This document shows positions 36,165 to 46,643 of a DNA stretch of 64,000 bases, in pieces. Each line of letters opens with the position of its first letter. The stretch's first letter is position 1. The notes beneath the pieces were generated by a model. It made no database searches and was not told the DNA's origin. It worked only from the letters and a program-made list of their open reading frames with translations. Origin of the DNA: Setoptus koraiensis (lineage: Eukaryota; Animalia; Arthropoda); assembly GCA_048013815.1 (NCBI GenBank), contig CM106585.1, forward strand, positions 15,562,001 through 15,626,000, given 5' to 3'. The position numbers were made by a program, and so were the translations under genes.

Positions 36165-39100
36165 ATGGATGAAATTCAGCAGCGAAGCCGGTGCGATCAG
36201 GATGGCCAAGACAAGCTTTTGAATCATGTTTATCCGTGCTCCTCATCATCGAAGCGTTCACACGCTAAGAACAATAGCGATAAATTTGTGAATGGTGGCG
36301 ATAGAAGTGACATAAGAATAGAGGCAGATGAACAAACAAAATCTTCGTCGGTGTGCCGAGCTGATGTGACTGGAAATGATATCATTGCTAACTTGACTAA
36401 CGAGCAATCAACTCAGCATTGTGCTAAACACAATCACACGACTCACAGCGGCACCATCAAGTCAACTAAATCAAGCGGCAACAATGGAACCGGTAGCAAC
36501 AGAAGAAAGAATCACCATATTTATTCAACGAAATTATCACAAACTCGCCAGCCATTTAGTAAATCTATATTCACCGGCTTGGCCTGGAGAATGAATCGTG
36601 GCCGCAAAAGGAACTATAAGTCAATATTGTCTTCAACGAAGGACTCCATGCAAAAAGAATTAAACAGTGATGGTGATTTGGAAAAGAGTGGCTTGTCATT
36701 TTATCGTGCCCAGGATAGAATGTACCAACACGAGAGTTGCAACAAAACAGACCAACAGAATGATAAAACAAAAAGACAACAACATATCGGACAATGTTTG
36801 TGTGGTTCGGGGCGGCATGAGCATGATTGCGATTCCGTTGGTTGTAACAATAACAACAGCAAATCAACAGCAGCAAACAGCAACAAAATGAGTAAAAAGA
36901 AGCTGCTCAAGAGGAAATTGAAAGTTGCACAACATGAACGAGAGTCCACAATTAGTGAGAAAAACAGCATTCCATCGAGCAAGACTTCAATAGTTAAGAC
37001 ATTTCTAACAAAGAATATAGACTCTTACCAGCCAAGTGCCAAGCAAAGTTTGTCACAACGAATTGTCCATGGTAAACAAACAAAAAGTTTGCATGATCAA
37101 TTGGCCATATTTCAGTTGTCTAATCAATCGTCGGCCTCCTCATTGTCGTCGTCGTCGTCCGACGGCGTCACTAACAACGCAATCAGTTGCTCTGACGTGT
37201 CTTGCAGCTCCATCGAGATAGTCTGGCAAGAAAATGTTGTCAAGCAGCAGAAGTTAGCCACACCGTGTTCTCAATTGGCGACAGGTGCGGATATAGTGTC
37301 GCCAATGAGACAGTGCTGTGGACAGAAGCACGACGACGACAACGAGACAAGTGGAGTGGCCAACGGCAAGCAGCTTGGCCTATATAAAGTGATCACAAAG
37401 AAGCCTCAAGCGATGAAAGTGAACGACCCGCTTTCCTCGGTTCTTTCTCAACCGAACGAGGCCTCGTCGGCGCGGGCAAACGGCTTCAATTATCCCTGTT
37501 CGTCTCGGCGGTCGGTTTTGGAACGGGCGAAGGCGTTCGATAAGCCCATTTCAGTGGGCCATTCTAGGCCGTCGAGGCAGCATCGAGCAAACGACAGTGA
37601 AAAAGTCGTGATTGATACATTAACGTTAACGAAAGAAGACGAATCGTTATTATCAGCGGCAGTGCAAGAGAAAAAACATACAATTGGCAACAGTGACAAC
37701 ATTGGTTTGGCGGACAGCCGCGAGGGCTGGAATAATAATCCTTTGTGGTCTTCCGGAAGTCAGAGCATGGAATGTGATAAGGGCGCCAAAAATGTGCACA
37801 ATGACAAAAACAATGTGTCAGTAGCAACATCCGTAGAGGTTACACAACAGAAGCATCAAGAATTGTTGTTATCGTCAACAAACAATGTGAAACAACAGCA
37901 ATCCTCAGATGCTGGCCCATCTCAAGGGTGCAGCATTGATACTGCTGCAGCGCCGTTGCAATCTCAGCAGGACCACAAGCGATCGCAGGCCGTGATATCT
38001 GCAGATGACGATGATTCTACCAGCATTAGCAGCATTACCAGTTGTGATGGCATCAGCAGCGACGTCGGTAGCAATGAAAATGAAAGTGTTAAAAACAGTA
38101 ACAGCAATAATAATATTAATCAAGATAACAACGACGATACCTCAGATAAAATACTTCATTTAGACCCATTGTCTGGCAATATACAAATTATAAAAAGAGA
38201 CAACAGCAACAATTTTTTCCTAGATAAATCAATAAATTTCGTAAATTCGCTGAGATCGTCCATAAGCTCCAAGCTGAAATCCACCATTGCCAGTGGCAGC
38301 AATCGTAGTAGTAGTGGTGGCGGTGGTGCGGATCAAGCGAATAATAAGAATAGAATTGAAGAACCTCCAAGATGTTCCAGCAAGAACGATAGCACGGCAT
38401 CCAACAGCAACAGGAATAGTATAAATTTCGATAGTGACTCAACAAAATGGACCCTCACCAATGTGGCAAGAACGAGACATTCTGTAGACGGTGGCAGTAG
38501 TGTGATAGTGGCAAGAAGGAAGCACCAAATAGACAATTCGTTGTCGGACAACAGCAATGATCCGTTCTCGTTAATTCACAGCCATTTGATTGGTAGCAGT
38601 GGCAAGACAACTGGCGACAATTCCAATTCCAAGGCAATTTCGAGGGCACCCTTGGAGGTCACCCAAGCTGACGATGATGCACTGACGCACGAGATTATTG
38701 GCCAAGCCATGACAGAGCACGCTGGCGAAACAAATCATGACATTAGCTTAGGAAAAGTGAAGAGCAGCTCAACCGAACCGGCAGCAGCAGCAACTCATTT
38801 GAATGTGTGTAACGATAGCAGAGATCATCATTTCACCATAACAAATCTCGACGACGACGACGACGACGCCGACAACGCGACCAGCCGGCAAGCCATCTCA
38901 TCCAGCAACAAGCTGGCCACCAGTCCACAAGGTCAACAGGTTTGCTCGCTCATTGACAAAATTAATCAAGGAATCGCTAGCGGAAAGTATATTCCTTCGG
39001 CGTCGTTTAATTCCAAACGATTGAGCACGCCGACAAGTAGCAGCGAAGCAAGACTAAAGTCGTCGCTTGCCGACGATGGACGACCACCAAAACAAATTGC

Positions 39101-42100
39101 ATGCCAACAACCATATAAACCGGCCGACCATCTTGATGCCACCAAGCCACGTGATAATGATGGTAATGTTCTCAATTGGGACCCGATAGAGTCATCAATT
39201 AGATCGCTTGATAATTTGTCGTCGTCAGAGGGCGGCCTCACAAGCAGCAACAAGTGCAATCATAGCTGGCCACAAAAAGATAACAGAAGAACTACTAGTG
39301 GCTCAGAGATAATAAATGACAGCAAGAATCGATCGCAAGATATTGGCCAAAAAATAAAAGCCATAGATATTGCGTCGTCTGGTTACAAGTCGTCGTCGTG
39401 CAAGACTAGTGATAATGGTGCTAGTGGCAAGTCAAAACTGCTCACCAGCATAGATAACAGCGTAATTATCAGGCCAACAGAAAATGTCAACGGTAGGTAC
39501 AATTCAAATATTGAATTGAATGCATGGAAAAATAGTTCAATTAACAGACAGCTAAACAATGCCAACAGCAGCAGAGATGATAATACTAAACAAAGAGAGG
39601 ATTGCAATTTATCTTGTTCTTCTAATTTATCTAATAATATAGCAACCAATGCTGCTGTTGTTGTTATTTCACCAAAGTCTACAGTCACTAGCTGTCGTAA
39701 CAAGAGCAAACTTGAGCGACATAATCGTTGTCGCCAAGATGATTGTTTACCCTCTTCATCGCCACCACTGGTGGCTAGCAATAGGGCATTAGGCAATCAA
39801 GTGCTTGATCACCACCACTACAATGGCATCGCCACAAAACACAGTAAACCACTAGCTTATAATAATAATAATGATAATATTAATAAGAATGGTTGTAACG
39901 ATAATAATAGTGATTTAGATGTTGGGCATACGATTGTGGCAAACAGTGGCGCTTCTATAGCGCTGATAACATCATCTGCTACCAGCGGCGACAGTAGCAG
40001 TACCGATATTGGTGGTTGCATAGCGCCAGAATTAGACAGATACAATTTATTTGCATCATCATCAAAACATAAGCCAGGCAACAACAACAACAACAACAAC
40101 AATAGCTCAATTATCTGTGCCAATAGTATTAGTAAAGCGTCTGATTCAATTAGTAGGCTATCTACTGATACATCTGCTCAACAAGAAGACAAACAGCTAT
40201 TGAGCATAAGTGATAGCTGTAAACTTATCAGCGGCGGGCGGACACCTGAACGTTGTTCCATCAACAACAATCGCCGATCGTTTCCCATGTCCATGAAAAG
40301 AATAGTCACATATAACAGCGACATAAACACGGCCAGCCGGCATAATGACAAACAAGTGACACTTGACGAGAGTTACGCAACAATCACAGAAGCTGCAACG
40401 AAAGCCAGCAGTCTATTTGGTCAATCGACGACGCAACACAGTTGCTCACTAAACTATCCACTCAACTATCCACGCGCGAATAGTAACATTAGCTTGCCAG
40501 CTTGTCGCGAAAAATCAGTGAACGGGTTTCATAGCGGCAATTTGCAACAAACGAGATCATCATCATCAACAACAGCTGCTGCTGCTGCCACTGCCGAAAG
40601 GGCTGCATCCGTCGGCGGCTCAAATGTTGGCGGCTCAAAGAATTTGTCAAAAATAAAGCGTCGCACCGAGAGATACTGGTTTCGAAAATTGGCATTGCAT
40701 CGTCAGTCAAAAGACCCGCAAAACGAGTCGTTGCCATTTGAGCTTGTTCGAGCCAAAGTGAAAACCAATCGCTCGCTAAACGGAGTCACCTCGTCGGAGG
40801 ACGACGCATCGGGCCCAGATAATTTGGGAGTAGGTCATCCAGTGGCAAGTGGCAGCCAACAGCGCTTCGCATCAACTGAGGGCAACAATCAAATCGGGCA
40901 GCCCTTATATCAGCCAACTCACAATAGTGATCAGCGCTACTCATCGCTGGCATGCACGTCGTCGTCGACGACGACGTTTAAAAATAGCCCAGCGGCAGCA
41001 TCATCATTATTATTATTCGCAGACAGCAAGCGTTATCCCAGTGGCTCACTTGAGCCATTAACAGTTAGACAGACGCCGACAACAACAGAGGATCAAATAT
41101 CATCGCTATCGGTGTCGCTAGTGCGCAAAAATGGCACATGGAAAACATCGAATTTATACACGAATCCCCTTTCTACTCAAAACAAACAAATCAACCACAG
41201 CAGCCAGCATAATGGCTTGATTATTTCGCCATCAATTGTAAGCCATAACACCACTACCACTAATAATAATAGTAATAATCAATTTATACCACCGCTGCCG
41301 GCACCGCAACAAGTGTCCGTCGCCGAGAAGCCGCTGGATAGTGGCGGCCGCCATACTAGCAACCGGATTAACAGTGATAAATATAATCGGCTGCTGTTGA
41401 GCCGTTTTGGCGACACCAGTGCAAACAACAACAACACCACTGGCAGAGTCAATCAGGCGAACAATTTTGAGACAACAACAACGCCAACAACTAATGAGCT
41501 AAAACTGAGCGACACGATGAAGAATGTTCGAGAGAAGAATGCTCATTCGGAACACACGCTAATGAATGGCAAGGCTAGCTATCAGAGCAATTGCAACAGT
41601 TGTAGTGCAACAATTAATCATAATGTTCAGCAACAACAAAAGCAATCTATCAAACATTCACATCTATCAAACGATTCAGTCAGCCGGCCCACTGTAGCCA
41701 CGACTAAAACAACAATGTCAACGACAACCAACAACAGCTGCGACACTTCCAATAATAATAATCATAATAATACTGGCAACTATTCTGCAACAGTAACAAC
41801 TCCGACACATTTACACAAACTATTGGATAACTCAACAGAACGGTCCGACGGCAATAGTAAGCTAGCTAATGTAGCCATGGGTGGTGAAAGTGGTGCCAGA
41901 AAATTGGAACAGCAGCGACAATCGGGCGCCCAGTTGAAATTGACCTCGAATAATGACGACAATAGAGAAGGGCTGTTGTTGCAACACGACACTTTCCAAC
42001 TGAATAATACTAATACTAGCAACTGTGAAAGCAAAAGAAACAATGATTGCATTTTGGATACATCTTCTAATTGTTCGCTAACTACTAATAAAAACAACCA

Positions 42101-45100
42101 CCGCACTGCCAGCGACACAAACCAGCCAGAACAAGTCAACAAGCAAACTGCCAGCCCGAATGCAAATGCGTCCGCTAATAATAGCAATAATAATAACAGC
42201 AATAATAACAGCAATAATCGGCCTGATGGTACAACAGTGCACATAGTCGACTATGTCACTTATCGACAACCGCATTACAGAACGCCAATATTGCCTGTTG
42301 GAATTATCAAGGATATTTATCTGAAACGAGCCCAGCGTTCGTCGTTGCCTGGCGTCGCCTATCCATACAACAATGATAAATTGAAGCCGTGTATCTCGAT
42401 CGATTGCTCATCATGCTCCACATCATCGTCGTCATCGCTTTCCATCATGCCATCACCATGTAAACAAACTGCTTCAACTTCCTATTGTTACTACTCTAAA
42501 CAAACTCAACCAATTGCCATCACAGATCCGGAGCGCACCGAAACTGCACGACAATTTACCACGTCTAGCCTCACTAGCAGATCGTCTGCGGCCACAAATA
42601 GTGTCATGATTGGCGAGGGCGTTGTCCGGCGTGACACTGCAACGTCGCCAGAGACAAGCTTGGGCCAAAAGAACAGTCTAGGCGGCGGCGGCAGCAAGAC
42701 CAAGCCAGTGAGACACAGAAAATCGGTTATGGATCTAGTGCGCAACATCGAAGGTCAAATATCGTCGACCATCAGCGGCAACGGTTGCTCCAGTTTGCAG
42801 AGTAACAAAGCAAACAATGGCAGAGCAAGCAACATGTCGTTGTTTGCTCGCGACGACAACACTACCACCAACAGTAATCATCCGCAACAGCAAACATCAT
42901 CGACAAAAAATTTATTGCCCCTAACAGTTGATAGTGGCAACAGTGATCGACGACGCTACTCAACAACGAGTAGTGTCGATTCGAAAAGAAGCCTAGACAA
43001 GCTGAGAAAAGTGTACCATGTGTCAACAAAAGGTGCCTTGGTGCTTCCTGTGAAACAGAAAGAACAACAAGAGTCACGTAATAGCATGGACACACGACAA
43101 CAGCAGCAACAGGGTCATAAACAACAGGCGTCGATGTCCTCATTCGAGCAGCCAACAACTGGCGCGGACGATAGTGATTACGAGTATCAAGAGGACAATT
43201 TCAATTTAGATGACGACGACGCAGTCGACGATGCAAACAACGCAGGGCCTTTCTATTTGCATGAACCAACACCAAAATCCAATTTGCTCACATCAGATAG
43301 GACTAATAATTACTATTCAGAAAACAAAACAACAACTAATAATGCTCAACCAACAACAACGACACAACAACAGTGTGTGCAAAGATCTCGTTCTAGTCCA
43401 GCGACAATAGTGGCAAATAATAGCAACAATTATATTAATACTAATAATAGTACAGCAGCTTCACAACAACAAAAATTGTCCATAGTCAGGCATACAGATC
43501 ATTCAATTTCGCAAAGATTTTCAAATAATCCAAAACTGAGCTCTTGTTACAAGATGCGCAGGTCGCCTAGAGACGAACAAATAGAAGAGGCCATATGCGA
43601 TCTGGAGTCTGTGTGTCATTGCATTCAAGAAGATGAGGACCTGTTCGAGCGGGCAGAGCGAAGAGATTTGCCAACTAAATTTCAAGAGATGAGATTCTCC
43701 GAAAACAACAACACTACCAATCGGCTTAAACGATCCACCAATCCCATCATTAAAAATAACAACAATGAAAATAGATACTCTGCGCCATCACTTTCGAGAA
43801 ACGACTTTGAACAAGCACCAGCTAACGGTGTTGCAGATAAGCCACAAACAAAGAACAACGGTAGCAGCAACAACAGATTTAGTGAAGATGTCAATAATAA
43901 CAACATGATCAAAGATGATGTATCGCTTGTGTCGAGAAGTCACAGCGATAACGCGTTTAGTTATTTTGGCCGTCGCGATCATGTCGACACTATAGAGACG
44001 GACGCGATTGAACGTAATCATTCGTTACATCGTTACAGGGGCGCATCAAGCTCCTCAACCTTGCTGGGTACCGGTCTGACTCGAAGGACCCCACCTCTGA
44101 GAAGATCGGCAATACCTGATAAATTTCTAGATGATTATGCCTACAGGAGACTATCACCAGTGCAACAGCGAACCAACTATTCGCCCACTAGCCCCATTAT
44201 AAACAACAACATGAGCTATCTGTTGTGTTCGGTCGCCCACTCGGCCCCGTCTGTTGATGTTGAGCCAATATTTGATAGCAACCATCTGGTAGAATTAGAT
44301 AGAATTGGTAAAGATGATTCCATCTCGAGCAGATTAGGTCTGGAGCGGTCAGATAGCGCCGGTCAAGATGTCGCAGTGATCAATGATTTGGCCTATAGGA
44401 AGATGAGTCAGTCCGAGTCCAGCAGACCGTCTAACGCACCGCCGGATATGAGTTTGCCGGTGGTCACCAGTCAGCAATCAAAGAAGAATGTCTCTCTCGT
44501 GGTGCCCAACGCCAACTCCAAACATCAGTGCCAGGTCGAAGGTAAAGACAGACCCAATCCATTCAGAGTAAAACTTGTCGACGACAATAGGTCGCACGAA
44601 CATACTAATGATGATAATGATAGCGCTATAATTGAATTGGGTTTGCTAAGTGAGGATGATCGAGCATGGAAGAATCTGAAAAAAGATTGTGATAAGAAGA
44701 AGGGCGTTGCACGTCGGTCTCCAAGATGCTGTCAAGCGTTGTCGCCCCATTCAGTTTCCTCCTCAAGAAAATATCCCTACTCCTATGAAACGCCTAGTGA
44801 TCAGAGCCTTGTGAATTCGAATCCATCTAGCGGACGCGAATCTGCGGCCGCTCAACAATCACCCACTTACCTGTATCACCATCACGGGCACGATGAGCGA
44901 TCAAATTCTTCTAACACTTTCAATGATCACCAGCGCCTAATAGACAGCAGTTGTAGCAACAGTAGCAGTATTCACAGGAATAATATCACCACCACCTATA
45001 ATTCATCGCCGTCAATTGATGCAACAACTGCGACACCTTCACCAGAAACTATGTATCGACACGAATCATCCTCTCCACTCATCAAAAGGGAACAACGAGA

Positions 45101-45887
45101 CCAGTCCACTAATAGTCAAACGGAGCGTTGTTTATCGTCGGCCTGCTCTAACCGAACGACATTCTCACAAACCAGCTGCCCAAGTGCCGAACGTCTAAAG
45201 ACTAGCATATTAGATACACCCAAGAAGACACGACCAAAGATTACAATTGGGAGACCAGGCTCAAGAAATTCGTTATTAGACGCCAAATCTGTCAAATCCT
45301 CACATAGCGGTCAAGATTCTCCGAGTCCTGTTGGGAACAAGCAACAAATTAAGCAAGCCAGTGATTCGATTTTCAGCGAAGAGAAAAGAAATGATACTAT
45401 CGAGGAGTTGAAACCATCTAGGATAACTCCAGTTATTTTGGACTCAAAATCGACAGATGACGACGACGATGAGGAATACAGAGAGCTACTGGCCGATTCG
45501 ATCAGACCAGATGATAGAGTAATCGTTCGCTCTAATGACTGCCGGAGAAGTACCAAACCAATCTCAATCATCTACAAGTCGCTGACGGACCTACATAATG
45601 CAAATAATGATTGTGGAGGGAAGCAGTCTGCGGATGATTGCACAATGAAACAACAAGCTCAACGAGACGACAAATATGGAAACTGTGACAAAGAGACTGA
45701 CTTTCAGGTGCATCTCGTTGACCATAAACAAATGTTGAGGAACAACGACGACAGTCTGATAAATGGGACTCAGTTGGACAAAACTAGAAAACAATTGCCA
45801 ACAATAGGTAAAAAAGAGAAGCCTTTTTTCTCCATCAACGAGTATTCATCTGTTTCGCGACCGAAAACCCCATTATATACAGTTTAG
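36165..45887 (+). CDS. Giant uninterrupted ORF (~3,240 aa from the first ATG); S/N/T/D/Q-rich, predicted largely disordered, function unknown
   Basis: 9.7 kb without an in-frame stop while other frames are repeatedly closed; no folded domain recognised. Confidence 0.8.
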   Translation: MDEIQQRSRCDQDGQDKLLNHVYPCSSSSKRSHAKNNSDKFVNGGDRSDIRIEADEQTKSSSVCRADVTGNDIIANLTNEQSTQHCAKHNHTTHSGTIKSTKSSGNNGTGSNRRKNHHIYSTKLSQTRQPFSKSIFTGLAWRMNRGRKRNYKSILSSTKDSMQKELNSDGDLEKSGLSFYRAQDRMYQHESCNKTDQQNDKTKRQQHIGQCLCGSGRHEHDCDSVGCNNNNSKSTAANSNKMSKKKLLKRKLKVAQHERESTISEKNSIPSSKTSIVKTFLTKNIDSYQPSAKQSLSQRIVHGKQTKSLHDQLAIFQLSNQSSASSLSSSSSDGVTNNAISCSDVSCSSIEIVWQENVVKQQKLATPCSQLATGADIVSPMRQCCGQKHDDDNETSGVANGKQLGLYKVITKKPQAMKVNDPLSSVLSQPNEASSARANGFNYPCSSRRSVLERAKAFDKPISVGHSRPSRQHRANDSEKVVIDTLTLTKEDESLLSAAVQEKKHTIGNSDNIGLADSREGWNNNPLWSSGSQSMECDKGAKNVHNDKNNVSVATSVEVTQQKHQELLLSSTNNVKQQQSSDAGPSQGCSIDTAAAPLQSQQDHKRSQAVISADDDDSTSISSITSCDGISSDVGSNENESVKNSNSNNNINQDNNDDTSDKILHLDPLSGNIQIIKRDNSNNFFLDKSINFVNSLRSSISSKLKSTIASGSNRSSSGGGGADQANNKNRIEEPPRCSSKNDSTASNSNRNSINFDSDSTKWTLTNVARTRHSVDGGSSVIVARRKHQIDNSLSDNSNDPFSLIHSHLIGSSGKTTGDNSNSKAISRAPLEVTQADDDALTHEIIGQAMTEHAGETNHDISLGKVKSSSTEPAAAATHLNVCNDSRDHHFTITNLDDDDDDADNATSRQAISSSNKLATSPQGQQVCSLIDKINQGIASGKYIPSASFNSKRLSTPTSSSEARLKSSLADDGRPPKQIACQQPYKPADHLDATKPRDNDGNVLNWDPIESSIRSLDNLSSSEGGLTSSNKCNHSWPQKDNRRTTSGSEIINDSKNRSQDIGQKIKAIDIASSGYKSSSCKTSDNGASGKSKLLTSIDNSVIIRPTENVNGRYNSNIELNAWKNSSINRQLNNANSSRDDNTKQREDCNLSCSSNLSNNIATNAAVVVISPKSTVTSCRNKSKLERHNRCRQDDCLPSSSPPLVASNRALGNQVLDHHHYNGIATKHSKPLAYNNNNDNINKNGCNDNNSDLDVGHTIVANSGASIALITSSATSGDSSSTDIGGCIAPELDRYNLFASSSKHKPGNNNNNNNNSSIICANSISKASDSISRLSTDTSAQQEDKQLLSISDSCKLISGGRTPERCSINNNRRSFPMSMKRIVTYNSDINTASRHNDKQVTLDESYATITEAATKASSLFGQSTTQHSCSLNYPLNYPRANSNISLPACREKSVNGFHSGNLQQTRSSSSTTAAAAATAERAASVGGSNVGGSKNLSKIKRRTERYWFRKLALHRQSKDPQNESLPFELVRAKVKTNRSLNGVTSSEDDASGPDNLGVGHPVASGSQQRFASTEGNNQIGQPLYQPTHNSDQRYSSLACTSSSTTTFKNSPAAASSLLLFADSKRYPSGSLEPLTVRQTPTTTEDQISSLSVSLVRKNGTWKTSNLYTNPLSTQNKQINHSSQHNGLIISPSIVSHNTTTTNNNSNNQFIPPLPAPQQVSVAEKPLDSGGRHTSNRINSDKYNRLLLSRFGDTSANNNNTTGRVNQANNFETTTTPTTNELKLSDTMKNVREKNAHSEHTLMNGKASYQSNCNSCSATINHNVQQQQKQSIKHSHLSNDSVSRPTVATTKTTMSTTTNNSCDTSNNNNHNNTGNYSATVTTPTHLHKLLDNSTERSDGNSKLANVAMGGESGARKLEQQRQSGAQLKLTSNNDDNREGLLLQHDTFQLNNTNTSNCESKRNNDCILDTSSNCSLTTNKNNHRTASDTNQPEQVNKQTASPNANASANNSNNNNSNNNSNNRPDGTTVHIVDYVTYRQPHYRTPILPVGIIKDIYLKRAQRSSLPGVAYPYNNDKLKPCISIDCSSCSTSSSSSLSIMPSPCKQTASTSYCYYSKQTQPIAITDPERTETARQFTTSSLTSRSSAATNSVMIGEGVVRRDTATSPETSLGQKNSLGGGGSKTKPVRHRKSVMDLVRNIEGQISSTISGNGCSSLQSNKANNGRASNMSLFARDDNTTTNSNHPQQQTSSTKNLLPLTVDSGNSDRRRYSTTSSVDSKRSLDKLRKVYHVSTKGALVLPVKQKEQQESRNSMDTRQQQQQGHKQQASMSSFEQPTTGADDSDYEYQEDNFNLDDDDAVDDANNAGPFYLHEPTPKSNLLTSDRTNNYYSENKTTTNNAQPTTTTQQQCVQRSRSSPATIVANNSNNYINTNNSTAASQQQKLSIVRHTDHSISQRFSNNPKLSSCYKMRRSPRDEQIEEAICDLESVCHCIQEDEDLFERAERRDLPTKFQEMRFSENNNTTNRLKRSTNPIIKNNNNENRYSAPSLSRNDFEQAPANGVADKPQTKNNGSSNNRFSEDVNNNNMIKDDVSLVSRSHSDNAFSYFGRRDHVDTIETDAIERNHSLHRYRGASSSSTLLGTGLTRRTPPLRRSAIPDKFLDDYAYRRLSPVQQRTNYSPTSPIINNNMSYLLCSVAHSAPSVDVEPIFDSNHLVELDRIGKDDSISSRLGLERSDSAGQDVAVINDLAYRKMSQSESSRPSNAPPDMSLPVVTSQQSKKNVSLVVPNANSKHQCQVEGKDRPNPFRVKLVDDNRSHEHTNDDNDSAIIELGLLSEDDRAWKNLKKDCDKKKGVARRSPRCCQALSPHSVSSSRKYPYSYETPSDQSLVNSNPSSGRESAAAQQSPTYLYHHHGHDERSNSSNTFNDHQRLIDSSCSNSSSIHRNNITTTYNSSPSIDATTATPSPETMYRHESSSPLIKREQRDQSTNSQTERCLSSACSNRTTFSQTSCPSAERLKTSILDTPKKTRPKITIGRPGSRNSLLDAKSVKSSHSGQDSPSPVGNKQQIKQASDSIFSEEKRNDTIEELKPSRITPVILDSKSTDDDDDEEYRELLADSIRPDDRVIVRSNDCRRSTKPISIIYKSLTDLHNANNDCGGKQSADDCTMKQQAQRDDKYGNCDKETDFQVHLVDHKQMLRNNDDSLINGTQLDKTRKQLPTIGKKEKPFFSINEYSSVSRPKTPLYTV

Positions 45888-46643
45888 TTGCATAGGCGCA
45901 TGTTTACAGTAGACTGAGACACACCACAATTGTGTGGGCCCCGAGGATCGTTTTCGCCGTCCGATTCCAAGAACAAATTAGCTAGTTATATAACAGATTA
46001 TATTGATGAAAAATTGGAGATCGCGGAAATTTTATTCGCGCGTTCGAGGTGTTGCTACCCCACGTATCTGTCCTTATTGGGTGCTTATAATCTGATTGAT
46101 TTTTGTTTTTTACTATTTCATTACTATATTATGCCAGCTCATTTAAATAACAATAACTCCTCATAACTGTATTGCTAGTAGGCAGAGTTATGTCTGGCAT
46201 GAGCTGTATAGATTAGTTGCAACTAATACACACACTTACTGTAGAATAGATGCGGATGTGATAATGATTATTATTGTTGCTATCATGGCCAGAATTGTGT
46301 TTGCATCATAAACATTATTAATATACATAAAAGATTGTAACTTACAAATTGTAAGTGTGTGTGTCTTGATTTTCAGACGCATACGACAAACAACAGAAAA
46401 CAACTTGTTATAATCAGCAAATCTTTGTTTGATCAGGTAGTCTCTTTAATCCTATGTGGTGTGTCGACAATGCCACAACTCCCACGTTTGTGTCTATACT
46501 CAAGCTCTAAGATGTTGGATTAGTTTTTAATGGACATGTAATAGAGTAACAACTTTTAAGAGTGATCGACGTCATTAATACCTCTCTCGCTCTCTATAAA
46601 TATGTTACTGTTCACACCTGTAATTGCATATTGAATTGGGCAG

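Noticed and set aside
36571-45794. Numerous minus-strand ORFs rich in Leu/Cys within the giant gene
   Set aside because: They are antisense shadows of AAC/AAT/AGC/CAG codon runs in the + strand ORF.
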